A program made the translations under genes and the position numbers. The notes beneath the pieces were generated by a model that made no database searches, was not told where the DNA came from, and saw only the letters and a program-made list of their open reading frames with translations. DNA of 64,000 nucleotides, from assembly GCA_028707495.1 (NCBI GenBank), contig JAQWAS010000004.1, forward strand, positions 3,157-67,156. The letters are read 5' to 3'. Positions within the stretch are counted from its first letter, which is position 1, and every line of letters starts with the position of its first letter. This document shows, in pieces, positions 37,653 to 49,200 of this stretch. This DNA comes from Patescibacteria group bacterium. Lineage in GTDB: Bacteria; Patescibacteriota; Patescibacteriia; UBA2591; JAQWAS01.

Positions 37653-38912
37653 CTAATATATAACTCTCCATAAATAATATCCACTTGCATCTTTGGCACA
37701 AATCTCTAATGAATCTTTAACGCCTGGTTTACCTTGATTAAACCACAAACTTCCACGCTTATCTACATTACAAACTGGTCTAGGACTAACCGTATTTAAT
37801 CTTATACCACCATTTACTTCTAATTTCTCATTTGGAGCTATTGTGCCTACTCCCACATCACCAGAATAAATTATGAAAGCATCTGATTGATTAATTTCTA
37901 CGGGATCTTTTGAATAGCCCCAAACAAATGTCTCATTTGCATTAACTTGCATGTTTGTTCCTCCAACACAAGAATAATTACCTTTAATTGAATTACCATA
38001 ACCACCTAAAATTACTGAATCCCAGCCGTCAATTGTATTACTTCCACCACCAAGAATCGAAGACATGTTACTTATTCCAGTAATACTATTGTTCGTGCCA
38101 CCAGTAATTGTCGATTGTTGTCCATCTGCTATGTTATTTCTTCCCCCAGACACAACAGCTAAATTGTTAGCTGTATTATCTAGTCCACCGGCAATAACGC
38201 CACCGTGTCCGTAAGTAGTTATCGTATTGCCAGATCCGCCAGAGATTGTAGACAATTGTCCTTCAGCTTTATTATCATAACCACCAGAAATTGTAATGTC
38301 GCGCCAATCTGTATTGTTTCGGCCAGTCTCTGAACTACGACCCAAATTAACATGTGTATCTGTTCTAGAACCATTTAATGTGGTAGCTTGACGTGAAATA
38401 GCACCATTAATTTGTAAAATTCCATTTGGATTTTTAACTCCAATCCCCACTTTACCGTCATCATAATAAATATTCTCCCCGTCTTTTATCCAATAGCTTT
38501 CACCTCCTATTCCTCCACCCAAATCATCAAAACTACTCACGCAGTCGTCTCCGTTTTGACCAACACAAAATTGGTTGACTGCCCAAATTGTTTCATCAGC
38601 CTTAATATTGCCAGACGTTTGAACAACTTGTCCTGCCTTATTATATCCTTCTCCAATCATCACTCCCTTGCCTGGATCTGTAGTGTCTAAACCCTTAACC
38701 ACCACACCCCTATTAATTGTCACATCCCAACCGCTATCTAATAAATTATCTCCAAAAGCCGAATTGAGATTTACAATCAACTTGTCAAGAATTGCTAAAT
38801 CTGGCATTGGTTGAGCTAAAACTCTCTTTAATGACCACGCACTTCCTAATATTAAAATCATTACTACCAAACCAATGGCTGTCAATTTAATAATAGACTT
38901 ATTTTTTTGCAT
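37653..38912 (-). CDS. Secreted/anchored Gly-Asn-rich repeat protein (paralogue of the N-terminal module of the next gene)
   Basis: Signal/anchor, a conserved about 90-aa N-module (AQPMPDLAILDKLIVNLNSAFGD...GNIKADETIWAVNQFCVGQNGDDCVSSFDDLGGG), then degenerate GG-x-NN-x-A-x-G-x-x-S-x-I-x-GG beta-helix-like repeats. Confidence 0.5.
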   Translation of the reverse strand: MQKNKSIIKLTAIGLVVMILILGSAWSLKRVLAQPMPDLAILDKLIVNLNSAFGDNLLDSGWDVTINRGVVVKGLDTTDPGKGVMIGEGYNKAGQVVQTSGNIKADETIWAVNQFCVGQNGDDCVSSFDDLGGGIGGESYWIKDGENIYYDDGKVGIGVKNPNGILQINGAISRQATTLNGSRTDTHVNLGRSSETGRNNTDWRDITISGGYDNKAEGQLSTISGGSGNTITTYGHGGVIAGGLDNTANNLAVVSGGRNNIADGQQSTITGGTNNSITGISNMSSILGGGSNTIDGWDSVILGGYGNSIKGNYSCVGGTNMQVNANETFVWGYSKDPVEINQSDAFIIYSGDVGVGTIAPNEKLEVNGGIRLNTVSPRPVCNVDKRGSLWFNQGKPGVKDSLEICAKDASGYYLWRVIY

Positions 38913-39025
38913 AAAATTAAAATTATTTTTTAAATTATATTTATCTACATTATAACATATTAATTTTATAACAACAACAAAACCCCGCCGCTCGCGAGCG
39001 GCGGGGTTGATATTATATTTAACTA

Positions 39026-42004
39026 TTATTGTTGAAAACAGTAGATACGGTTATTCACATAACAATCTGAGTTCACTACATAAGCCATTGTCCAAGAACT
39101 ACCATTATTAGTCGATGTACCAGCGTCCCAATAATGATTGACTCCCGATGAAAAAACAACATCCCAATTCTCTCCGCACACTCCTAGAAGGTCATATCTT
39201 GCCACCTCCCCAAGCGTATTTGTGCCGGTAAAAACTCTACCCGATATAGAAACACCATCTTCGTTTATATCAATAGGTCTGTTTAAGTTACCATCTATTA
39301 AATCTGACCATCCCCCATAAGCTATTGTTCTAAGCGGAAATCCCGGTAAAACATAAGAAACATCATCTGATGCTTTAATAAAATTAAGAGCAGGAGAATA
39401 AATTTCTCCCCCAATTTTTCCACTTAACCACGCTTTATAAGTTACTCCCTCATAAGTATTAGTTGCTGAATTATAAGTTGGCTTAACTGAAGATGGTAAA
39501 ACTGTAGAATTTTTTGCTAAATTATTACAAATTTTATCAGCAGCATCACGACCTACATATTCAATGTCATCTTGAATAACCCATATTCTTCCCTGGGTAG
39601 TCCCATTTGTCATACTTGATAATGTAATTTCATCGTCGGTTGGTGTTCCACCCGTAGCAAAGACATATTTTACACCACTTTCGTTACATAAACTTGTATT
39701 AAACGTACAATTTGGATTACAACTTAAGGTACCGCCACCATACCCCAAACTAGCACACGTTTCTGGGATAGCCACACCATCACAGTATTCACCCATTTCT
39801 ACAATATTGTTGCCACAATCTGGTCCACCAGGACCAATCCATTCGGGCCATTCACTAATACAATTTTTATCACTACCCAAGCACAATTTTTCAACTGCCC
39901 AGATATCTTTATCAGCTTTTATATTTCCAGCCGTTTGCCCATTACCTTGCCCAATAATTACGCCAGGGTTAGTACCGTTTTTAATTACTATTCCATCTTG
40001 TACGCTTAAATCCCAACCTGCGTCAGGATTATTACCTCCAATTCCAAGACTTGTACCATCATTTAATAAGTTGCCAGCTGCTACCCAAGTTGTGCCGTTA
40101 TATCTTAAAGTTTGATTATTACTTCCTGTAGGCAAACTAACCCCACCTTCATCATCAGCTGGCGCCCACTCCACACCATCCCATTTTAAAACCTGATTAA
40201 TCGCTGGAGTTGAAGTAGCTAAGCTGCGCCCCTGTAATTCATCAGCATTCCATAGAGCTTGATCTTTTAAAGCGTTAATTTCTATACCATCAATATTTAT
40301 ACCAGTACCTGACTCGTAAGCAGTTCCCGTATTATCATCACTGGCACAATACCAAGCGTCTAAAGTAGTATTATATTTTAAAATTTGACCATTAGTTGCG
40401 CAATTTATAATCCCAAAATTATTACCAACCTTTTGTAATCCTTTGTTGGTTAAAACACCAAAAATCGTATCTGTATCTATATCGTCTACCCAACCCAATA
40501 CACCCGTGCCCGTTACTTTCAAAACCTTGCCAACCGCTCCAATAGCCAACCTGGTTGGAATTCCGCTTGTTGAACCAAAAATAATATCACCCAAATTAGT
40601 CATTGGATTAGTCATCCCTCCACTGGCTGGAGTAACCCAACTAGCTAGACCGCTCGCGTCAGAAGTTAAAACCTTGCCCGTGCCAGGACTGCCTCCGGTG
40701 ATTTTTACTTGACCGGCTACCTCTAATTTTGTGGCTGGGTTTTCCGTACCAAGACCCACATTGCCTGAGGTGTCAATCACAATATCATCAGTAGATCCAT
40801 TGCGTCTAATTCTTAATTTTTCGTTTAAATCGTTCATGCCGATGAACCATTTTTCGGCCAAACCAGATCGATCCAATCTAAGACCTGTCCAAAGTTTGGT
40901 TGCACTATTATTAGCTAAACGAGCCATAGCTGTGCCTGTGGATAACAAATTTCGTATATCTAAAAGATAACCCGGATCAGTTAAACCACCTATACCTACA
41001 TTTGTGCCGTTATTATATAAATTGCTATTAGCGATCCAATTCGTGCCATCATATCTTAAAGTTTGGCCACTAGCACCACTTGGCAAACCCGTACCCGCTA
41101 TATCATCAGCTGGCGCCCACTCCACACCATCCCATTTTAAAACCTGGTTAATTGCTGGTGTAGAATTAGCTAAAGCTCTATCCTGTAACTTGTCAGCATT
41201 CCATATAGCTTGATCTTTTAAAGCATTAATCGTTGTTCCCACAAGACTGATACCAGTACCCGCACCATAATCTATTCCAGTGTTATCATCGCCAGCACAA
41301 TACCATTCGTCGGATGAATTATATTTTAAAACTTGACCAATGGCACACTCTGGCAATCTCAGGACCACATCGCCGCTCGTTCCTCCGCCAGTCAATCCTG
41401 TGCCAGCAATAACACCCGTTATATCACCCTCACCACCACTTTCCGGCGTTGAACAAACTAAAATTCCATTATCATTTACACCAGAAACATATTGTCCACT
41501 TGGACAAGCACTGCCAATTTCTGTTTGATAAAGTCCATCGGTATATGAAGCGTTTAAACTCACAGTTGGCTGCGGCCCTCCCGAATTAGTTACTGTAATA
41601 CCTGTGCCAGCTAAAACGTCTGTAATATCACCTTCGCCTAAACCAGCCGTTAAGTCGCTAAAGCTGCTCACGCAGTCTGTTCCATCTCCACCAACACAAA
41701 ATTGCTCTTCAGCCCAAACCTTCTGATCTACCTTAAGATCGCCAGACCTCTGCCCTTCTCCCTCTCCAATCATTATTCCCCGCAAACCATTGCCTATGTA
41801 AATATTTGGTGTCGTTATTTTCCAAATTGTATTTGGCAGATGATCACCAAAAGCAGCTCCGAGCCTCACACTTAATTTATCTAAAATTACCAAAGCTGGT
41901 ACCGCCTGAGCTGAAACGTTTTTTAAATTCCAAAGACTCAAAATCGATAAAGAAACCATAACTAAACATAAAGCTGAAATTCTAAAAATTGTTTTTTTAT
42001 TCAT
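39026..42004 (-). CDS. Large secreted repeat protein (992 aa) with the same N-module present twice, an internal about 40-aa duplication and a Cys/Trp-rich C-terminal domain
   Basis: N-module at residues about 30-120 and again at about 650-720 (GNIKADKDIWAVEKLCLGSDKNCISEW). QAIWNADKLQDRALANSTPAINQVLKWDGVEWAPADD occurs twice. C-terminal domain YWDAG...SSWTMAYVVNSDCYVNNRIYCF. Confidence 0.5.
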   Translation of the reverse strand: MNKKTIFRISALCLVMVSLSILSLWNLKNVSAQAVPALVILDKLSVRLGAAFGDHLPNTIWKITTPNIYIGNGLRGIMIGEGEGQRSGDLKVDQKVWAEEQFCVGGDGTDCVSSFSDLTAGLGEGDITDVLAGTGITVTNSGGPQPTVSLNASYTDGLYQTEIGSACPSGQYVSGVNDNGILVCSTPESGGEGDITGVIAGTGLTGGGTSGDVVLRLPECAIGQVLKYNSSDEWYCAGDDNTGIDYGAGTGISLVGTTINALKDQAIWNADKLQDRALANSTPAINQVLKWDGVEWAPADDIAGTGLPSGASGQTLRYDGTNWIANSNLYNNGTNVGIGGLTDPGYLLDIRNLLSTGTAMARLANNSATKLWTGLRLDRSGLAEKWFIGMNDLNEKLRIRRNGSTDDIVIDTSGNVGLGTENPATKLEVAGQVKITGGSPGTGKVLTSDASGLASWVTPASGGMTNPMTNLGDIIFGSTSGIPTRLAIGAVGKVLKVTGTGVLGWVDDIDTDTIFGVLTNKGLQKVGNNFGIINCATNGQILKYNTTLDAWYCASDDNTGTAYESGTGINIDGIEINALKDQALWNADELQGRSLATSTPAINQVLKWDGVEWAPADDEGGVSLPTGSNNQTLRYNGTTWVAAGNLLNDGTSLGIGGNNPDAGWDLSVQDGIVIKNGTNPGVIIGQGNGQTAGNIKADKDIWAVEKLCLGSDKNCISEWPEWIGPGGPDCGNNIVEMGEYCDGVAIPETCASLGYGGGTLSCNPNCTFNTSLCNESGVKYVFATGGTPTDDEITLSSMTNGTTQGRIWVIQDDIEYVGRDAADKICNNLAKNSTVLPSSVKPTYNSATNTYEGVTYKAWLSGKIGGEIYSPALNFIKASDDVSYVLPGFPLRTIAYGGWSDLIDGNLNRPIDINEDGVSISGRVFTGTNTLGEVARYDLLGVCGENWDVVFSSGVNHYWDAGTSTNNGSSWTMAYVVNSDCYVNNRIYCFQQ

Positions 42005-42050
42005 AAAATTAAATTAATTTTAAAATATATTTATTTATTATATCTCAAAT

Positions 42051-43526
42051 TTATCTTTCTTGCCATTCAGCTCCAGGATAACACAAAGTATTGGCTGGCC
42101 CCTGGCAAGTAAAAGTTAAAGATTCTAAGGTGTTATCGGCACTAATACAATAATAATAGTCAACACGTGGAATAATGTCTCTGTCAAAATAAACACACTC
42201 ACCATTTTCACAATGGAAACTATCAGTTGTAAATTCACCGATCAGTTTACAATTAGCATCTTCTTCGCAACCCTCCATTGTACTTTTACAAGTTTCACAA
42301 TAATCCGTATCAAATGTACGATAAACTTTGTAACTTGCGACATTTAAATCTTGCAACCAGTTTAATTTTATTTCTCCACAATGGTTATCATCAAAAAATA
42401 CATTTTCTGGTGGCAAGGGTGGCCCCTCACATTCATTAGTTAAAACACTAACCCAACCCTCTATATTTTCTAAAAAATAATCATTTAGATTTGCTTCAAC
42501 GCGATAACAATAATTGGTATTTTCGTTAACTAAATAATCCTGATAGTTAATTGATTCTAAATTTTCTATTAAAAGCTCTCCATCACCGCAACTTCCGCAG
42601 TCATCACTAATACAACGATAAATTGTATAATCATCAGCATAGCTTGAATCGTTCCACGTCAAAGACGTAGCTGAAACATCACCAACACAAATCGGACTAA
42701 CCTCTAAATTAAAATCGCTTAACATGTTTAATTTTAATGGCAACCAACGAATCCATCCTGTTAAATCAGGGGCAAAGGCCTTATCTGCCATTTCATCTAC
42801 CCCATCTAATGCTGTGCCATTTAATGAATTACCTAAAACACTATAACCATCAATTTCACTACGATATATTTTAGTTCCCCAACCTTCTCCACAAACATCC
42901 TGCCAGTTTGAATTTCCCCAACAGCCACTAAAAGTCACTCCATTACATTGGTCTGCTTGAAAAGCCACCCAACCGCAATCACCATAACCATCTATCCAAT
43001 TCTCGTCATCTTTTATAATTAATTTTCCCCAACCTGAAAGTTTATAAACATTTTCTTCGTCAGTTTCTTCTGCTATTGCCCAAGCTGTTGTTTCGCCGGG
43101 AGGAGCTCCATAACCATCTTCAGTGCAAGTAGAGCCAAAACACATTCCAGTTGTCAATAAATTCCAAGCATTCCCAGTTACATTATACGGTCCATCACCA
43201 GACCAATCAACCTTAACCCCCATATCTATGGGGTAAAACACTTGTAATCCACTTTGGTCATTAAATGGATACGATGCATCTTCCCAGATTTCTACACCAG
43301 CGCCCTGATAAGTACAACTTAAGGCCAAAGTTGAATCTAGCCAATCAATATCTTCAAATATAACTCCCCACCCTCTCACATTGTGAGAGTCGGGATTGCA
43401 ACCTTCAATCTGTGCATTAACCTTGATAGAATTAAAATTTTTAAAAATAAAAAAACAACTTATGCCTATAATCAAAATAGATATAATAAAAGCACCGATT
43501 ATTTTTTTATTTTTAAATCTAGACAT
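42051..43526 (-). CDS. Secreted Cys/Trp/Gly-rich protein (491 aa) with N-terminal TM/signal
   Basis: Hydrophobic N-terminus. About 30 Cys residues in CxC/CxxC arrangements. No enzymatic motif. Confidence 0.45.
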   Translation of the reverse strand: MSRFKNKKIIGAFIISILIIGISCFFIFKNFNSIKVNAQIEGCNPDSHNVRGWGVIFEDIDWLDSTLALSCTYQGAGVEIWEDASYPFNDQSGLQVFYPIDMGVKVDWSGDGPYNVTGNAWNLLTTGMCFGSTCTEDGYGAPPGETTAWAIAEETDEENVYKLSGWGKLIIKDDENWIDGYGDCGWVAFQADQCNGVTFSGCWGNSNWQDVCGEGWGTKIYRSEIDGYSVLGNSLNGTALDGVDEMADKAFAPDLTGWIRWLPLKLNMLSDFNLEVSPICVGDVSATSLTWNDSSYADDYTIYRCISDDCGSCGDGELLIENLESINYQDYLVNENTNYCYRVEANLNDYFLENIEGWVSVLTNECEGPPLPPENVFFDDNHCGEIKLNWLQDLNVASYKVYRTFDTDYCETCKSTMEGCEEDANCKLIGEFTTDSFHCENGECVYFDRDIIPRVDYYYCISADNTLESLTFTCQGPANTLCYPGAEWQER

Positions 43527-43588
43527 GATTAAATTTTAAAAACAATTTCTATCTTCTATATTATATCACTCTTTTGAAATAGAATAAA

Positions 43589-45079
43589 TTAGTCTTCAAG
43601 ATACTGAAAGCAATAGAGATGAAGTTGTTCTTTCCAGTCGTCATTAACACAGGGGAAACAATGATAATTTGGATATTTATTTTCACACCAACCTATTGCA
43701 TCACCCGCGGCAGTACAGTCTACCCAATTTTTATCTTTTGAAGTAATTCTACCCCCAGTCGTTCCAGCTGGTATAGGACCACCAGTATGATAACTCCACG
43801 GATTCCATTCGTATTTGCTACCACAAAAAATTCCGCTATCAAATCCACTAATATTGATTGTGTCATATCCCTCAACTTTATTACCATTATATGACGTGCC
43901 CGTAGCAACATAGATATCCTCACTATTAATTATTACTCCATGCTCATTTTGATTAATTTCATGTTTTAAAATGTCATTTTCCGAATCACTAGTTGGAACT
44001 AATTGATAAAAATTATCAACTACAATAGTTTCATGATCCGGCAAACGGTATTCAAGCTCAGCGACCCTTGGATTATAAATTTCATCCTTGGCGTTTCTCC
44101 AAGGATCCGAAATCCAGGCTCGATATTGGCCAGGTAAATTAGCTGCCCTTGCTAAAGTTTGGCATTTATAATCTGCATCATCTACTCCCCTGTCTAAATT
44201 ATCTCCGTCAAAATCTGGTTCTCCCCCAGTCTCTAAATAACCAACCATATATCTTTGACTTGTCACAAAAGTATATAAATACCGCCACTGACAAGTAAAT
44301 GGATTGCAGTTGGCTGGAAAGGGCTTACCATCACACTGTTCGCCGTGATCAAGTTCACCATCACCACAATCTAATAATTCTGGATTAACTGCGCCATAAA
44401 TCTGCCATTTTAAATTTTTAGTATTTAAAAGCCTTTCTGTACTTTGGTAAATTCCCCGAGTTCTAACACTCACACCAACAGCCAAATCGCTACTAGTGGC
44501 TTGAATAGAATATGTAATCTGATGTCCCATGTCATTAATAATTCTAATCTTGTGATAGTTATCTCTGTCTAAACCTATGGCAATTGTTTGCGGAAAGGTT
44601 TTATAAACATCATGCTGAACTATTTGCTGATCAGTTTTATTTATCGATACAACCACCATTGAACCGCCACTGCCACCAACCGTCAACCTATCGGGATAAA
44701 TAATTCCTTCAATGTCTAAATCTAATTGATATGACTCTCTAGGTTGTAAAATTATCTCTAATGGCAGACTGACTGTTTCTAAATTATAATTTTCAAATTT
44801 ATATTCTGCACCCGAATCTAATTCCCCCTCAAGACTTAAAGTATTAACATCTTCATACTCGTGATTAATTTTATTTAAAATAATTTCAGCCGCAGTTTCA
44901 GCCGCATAATAGGCCTTTTCAGAAGTACCAACCTTGCCGGTAATATTGAAAGTTTTAATTAAAATATCGCTAGCGACTAAAGCTGTGGCTAACATACCAG
45001 CTAAAATTAAAACTGCCAGTAATAAAGAGATACCATGTTGATTTTTAATTTTTTTAAATTTTAATTTCAGTTTTAACAT
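43589..45079 (-). CDS. PilX-like minor pilin/pilus-associated protein (PilX_N-type N-terminus) with C-terminal Cys-rich domain
   Basis: N-terminus KNQHGISLLLAVLILAGMLATALVAS resembles the PilX N-terminal domain but lacks the G-F-T-L-x-E cleavage motif. Sits at the head of the pilin gene run. Confidence 0.5.
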   Translation of the reverse strand: MLKLKLKFKKIKNQHGISLLLAVLILAGMLATALVASDILIKTFNITGKVGTSEKAYYAAETAAEIILNKINHEYEDVNTLSLEGELDSGAEYKFENYNLETVSLPLEIILQPRESYQLDLDIEGIIYPDRLTVGGSGGSMVVVSINKTDQQIVQHDVYKTFPQTIAIGLDRDNYHKIRIINDMGHQITYSIQATSSDLAVGVSVRTRGIYQSTERLLNTKNLKWQIYGAVNPELLDCGDGELDHGEQCDGKPFPANCNPFTCQWRYLYTFVTSQRYMVGYLETGGEPDFDGDNLDRGVDDADYKCQTLARAANLPGQYRAWISDPWRNAKDEIYNPRVAELEYRLPDHETIVVDNFYQLVPTSDSENDILKHEINQNEHGVIINSEDIYVATGTSYNGNKVEGYDTINISGFDSGIFCGSKYEWNPWSYHTGGPIPAGTTGGRITSKDKNWVDCTAAGDAIGWCENKYPNYHCFPCVNDDWKEQLHLYCFQYLED

Positions 45080-45090
45080 AAAAATAAAAA

Positions 45091-45684
45091 TTATTTCCTC
45101 TCAGTAAATCTCTGTGGGATAGTTTCTTGGACTAAAATTTCCGGCTCATTATTTTTAATTTGAACTCGCATGGAAATTGTCACTCGTGGCTGAAAAAAGT
45201 CCATTATCATCAGGCTTTTATTTACTGGTTGAATATAAAAATCTAAAGCTTCAATATTTAAATTTTCACTGCTTAAATTTGTAAAAACCGATGGCTCTTC
45301 GGGATCTTCAGGATCTTCAGGACAACTACTTTCATCACCAAAGGCCACTTGTAAAGTCTTATCTTTTAAGCGATAAACTAAACATTTATTTTCTTCATCA
45401 ATTAAGGCTAATTCTTGAACCGAGCCACTCACACTTCCCCCATAATAATCATAATTAATTTCACTCATCCTAATTTTTTTTGTAAAGCTTTCCATAATAT
45501 ATTGTACTTCCTGTTGTAAAAGGGAAATCTCTTTTAAACTTTTATTGGTTTTCATACTCTGAATATAAATCCCCGAAACCGCCATAACTAACATAACTAA
45601 TAAACCAGCCGAGACCACCATTTCGACTAAAGTAAAACCTTGTTGATTTTTAATTTCTTTTGGCTTAAAAATCTTAATTCTCAT
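45091..45684 (-). CDS. Type IV pilin/pseudopilin (class III signal peptide)
   Basis: Canonical prepilin motif KNQQG|FTLVEMVVSAGLLVMLVMAV with Glu at +5 followed by a hydrophobic helix; 197 aa. Confidence 0.7.
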   Translation of the reverse strand: MRIKIFKPKEIKNQQGFTLVEMVVSAGLLVMLVMAVSGIYIQSMKTNKSLKEISLLQQEVQYIMESFTKKIRMSEINYDYYGGSVSGSVQELALIDEENKCLVYRLKDKTLQVAFGDESSCPEDPEDPEEPSVFTNLSSENLNIEALDFYIQPVNKSLMIMDFFQPRVTISMRVQIKNNEPEILVQETIPQRFTERK

Positions 45685-45731
45685 ATTTAACTCTATGCCT
45701 ATTTAATTTATTAATTATATAACTAATTTAA

Positions 45732-46253
45732 CTATTTCCAATCAGTTAAAATCTCTTCCAATTCATAATTATATGTTTTACCGCGATCTTGCCATTGCAC
45801 CCACGATTCTACTTTTCTTTGACGATTTGATTCTCCTGTCATCTCAGCGCTAATTGTAATCATCCGCCAAAAATTTGTTTCTGTGCCAGTATTAAAATGC
45901 GTAAAAAGTTGTGTTCCGCTTTCTTGGTATAATTTACAATCAACTATATTGCTGACTAAATTATCTAAATCATTATCATTATAATCAACTTTATATTTTC
46001 CAGCTGGTAAAAAATCAACCGTATCAGGATTCAACCAACGGCTATCGCGAATAGCTCGAGTAATTTCTAAACCCTCGCGCGCTAAATTAATCGCAACAAT
46101 TCTCTGTCGACTGATACCACTGTTAAATAAACCACTAGCGGTCAAAGACATAATGGCCACAATGCCAGTAGTTAAAATTCCAAAAGCCACAATAGTTTCA
46201 ATTAAAGATTGGCCTGAATTATTTTTTTGCATAAAATTAAAATATAAAAACAA
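45732..46253 (-). CDS. Type IV pilin-like protein (variant class III signal)
   Basis: NSGQ|SLIETIVAFGILTTGIVAIMSL with Glu at +5 followed by a hydrophobic helix. The true start is probably the internal MQKNNSGQ methionine near 46232. Confidence 0.55.
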   Translation of the reverse strand: MFLYFNFMQKNNSGQSLIETIVAFGILTTGIVAIMSLTASGLFNSGISRQRIVAINLAREGLEITRAIRDSRWLNPDTVDFLPAGKYKVDYNDNDLDNLVSNIVDCKLYQESGTQLFTHFNTGTETNFWRMITISAEMTGESNRQRKVESWVQWQDRGKTYNYELEEILTDWK

Positions 46254-46258
46254 AAATC

Positions 46259-49200
46259 CTATTCAATGGTTAAATCATCAAAATAAACATCACCAACTGA
46301 CACTTTCCAATCCCAGACATCTCCCAATAATATTCGATTAAAAGACGAAATCGCGCTAGAGGTAGCAACAACAATATCGTCAATTTTTAAAACTACTCCA
46401 CTACCAGAAGAATAATCAAACTCAAATTTATGCCAACCGGTAGTACGAGTTATATTTGTCCTTCCCCAACTTCCAATTCTATATACATATTCATTTTCTA
46501 CACCAGTTCCCAACGTACTATCCGTATCTACTCCTAAAAAAACTGTTGTAATTCCATCATCAACCCAAACCCCAGTTGTCATTTCCGCATCACTCGCATT
46601 ATCATAAAAATAAACAGTCACCCTTTCTCCGATAGCTCTAGTTTGAATTATATCTTTATTCTCATTAGTTGTGTAACTTTTTATCCCATCATGATAATAA
46701 TATTCACTACTTGTTGGTGTCCCACCTAAAGACGTCCATCGACCAAAGCCATGTTCAAAATCTTCATGATAAAAATTAACAATCGGCTCTGGATTAACAT
46801 ATTTGCGAATTAAAACTTTACCTGGATGATATGTGGTGGTATAGCCATAATTATTATATAAACCTAAAATTTCATTGGCGGTTAATGAACGGTTAAATAC
46901 CAACGCATCATCAATCGAACCATACCAAGCCTCAGAACTACCACCTGGATTCATACCTATTCTAAAATTATTATCCGATGCATCATATCCGGGCGTAACT
47001 CCAGTAGAATAAACTGCTAACCCATTTTTATAAAAAGATGTATTACTAGAACCAAAAACAGCACAAACATACTGCCAAGTGTTTAAATTCATTGACACGC
47101 CGGTAGATCTATAGGCACCTCCATCTGCAATTCGCCAAAGTCCGTAATGACCTTCAATTGCCCAATCCCATCCGCTATTATCTGTACTCATTAAATCATC
47201 AGTATTCATAGGGTTAGTTGGATAAGCCCAAGCACACATAGTGGTAGTATGGCCAGAAGACTGGTCTATATTTAAATTAGTAGCCACATAATCAGCGCCG
47301 TCAAAACTATAAGCCCCTCCGCGCATTCCATTGCTAATCCAAGTTGGACAACTCGTGCCAAAACATGTTCCATTATTTCCGTTGCCAGAAGTATCGGCAT
47401 AACTGCCTGCCGTGTCAAAATCCCACGCGCCCACCACGCCATCTATCTCACGAATAAAAGTATTAGCTACACTGCTTTCGCTCGTTAAATCTGGATCACC
47501 ATAATACATTTTAATATTATTATCGCCAATGTTTAATTGTGGCACTTTAACCCAAAAAACTGCATACAAATCACCAGAGCTTTCCATCCAATAAGATAAA
47601 AATTGAGTTTCATCTGCATTTAAAAATCTAATATCACCAAAGTCTTCTTGCATTTCTAGTTCTCTATCAACAATCACTTTGACCTGATAATCCGTTAGTA
47701 TTTGGCTGGCTATATTAGTGATAGTAATTGTTTTTGAATCAGTAAAATCAAAATGACAATCTGCTTCACAGTTTATAAAAGTTTCATTTCCCTCACACAC
47801 ATCATCTCCACAATTTGACTCATCATCATCGCTTGTACTCTCGCAACCCTCATCAACCAAATCTACACTTCCATCTCCATCATTATCTACACTTCCATCT
47901 CCATCATTATCAATTCCATCACTACATTCAAAAATTAATCTTTCTTCATTTTCTAAATTGTAATTAACAATCGGTTCTGAATTTGCATATTTTCTGACCC
48001 TTACCCAATCTACTATTGTTGATGTATTTGCTGCCTCACTTAATCGTATCGTTATATATCTAATTAATGAAGAATTGGTTGTTGTCCTTGTGTCAATGAT
48101 TGCTCCAGTTGAATAGTTTATTGTATACCAATTATACGCCGTATCTGTTCCATCCGTCCGCAACCAACGAGTTATATAATCAGTATTTGCATTTACTGTC
48201 GTATTCCATGTTCCATTCCAATAACATTTTCCTGTCGTGTAAGCCCATGAAGCACCATTATAAAAATAACCATAGTCAAATCCTATTGGACTCCCCCCTC
48301 CTAAGTTTGTAGCTGCATAAAATCTGTTTCTATAATATGCACCTTCTTTGTGCTTTGTCTCAATAAAAAACGATGGTGATGTAGGTATAAAAGCCGATGA
48401 AATTGACACTGGAACAATGCTAGTTGATGCTAAGGTAACCTGCCCGTTGGCTACGGTTATAGTCCCACCCGAAACATTTGTTGCCCAATTTGCCGCCAAG
48501 TTAGTTCCTATAAAATCATCAAAAAAATCAAAAGTTAAATCTCCATTACTTATTGTAGCCACATCTTCATTGCCATAATACATATAAATCTGATTATCGC
48601 CCATATCTAATTCTGGCACTTTAACCCAAAAAACTGCATAACTTTCTCTATAACTTTCACGCCAATAATTTAATTCTATTGTGTTGGTAGTTTGAGTAAA
48701 ACGAATGTCGTCAAAATCTGGTTGCATCTTACCCTCTTCATAATTAACCTGGATTTTAACTTGATAATCGGTTAAAGTTTGATCTGAATTGTTATTAATT
48801 GTAATCGGCGTACGATATTTATAACCAGCCAAGCCAGCACAATCACTGTCATTTTCAACTGTACAACCTTCTGGACAACAACCGTCATCTGAGCCACCTT
48901 CCAATTTTAATCCACAAGCTACCGGCGAACATGTAGCATCACAGTCTGTACCCGAACACACCTGGCATGCTCCGCAATCTTCATCAGCGACACAAGTCAC
49001 ATTTTGGCATGCACCACTACAACATAATTGATCTCCGGGACAATCAATTGGCGTCCCACTACAACATGGTACCATTGTGTTATTATCTAAACATATACCC
49101 GCCCCCCCGACAACACCATTACATGCTGGCCGAAGAACACAACCACCGATGCCATCGCATTCCTGATGACACAAAGTATCATCTATAGCCGTGCAATCTG

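Noticed and set aside
43589-45079. Calling the 496-aa protein a canonical type IV pilin
   Set aside because: Its N-terminus (KNQHGISLLLAV...) lacks Phe at +1 and Glu at +5 of the prepilin motif. It resembles the PilX N-terminal domain instead, so it was annotated as PilX-like with moderate confidence.
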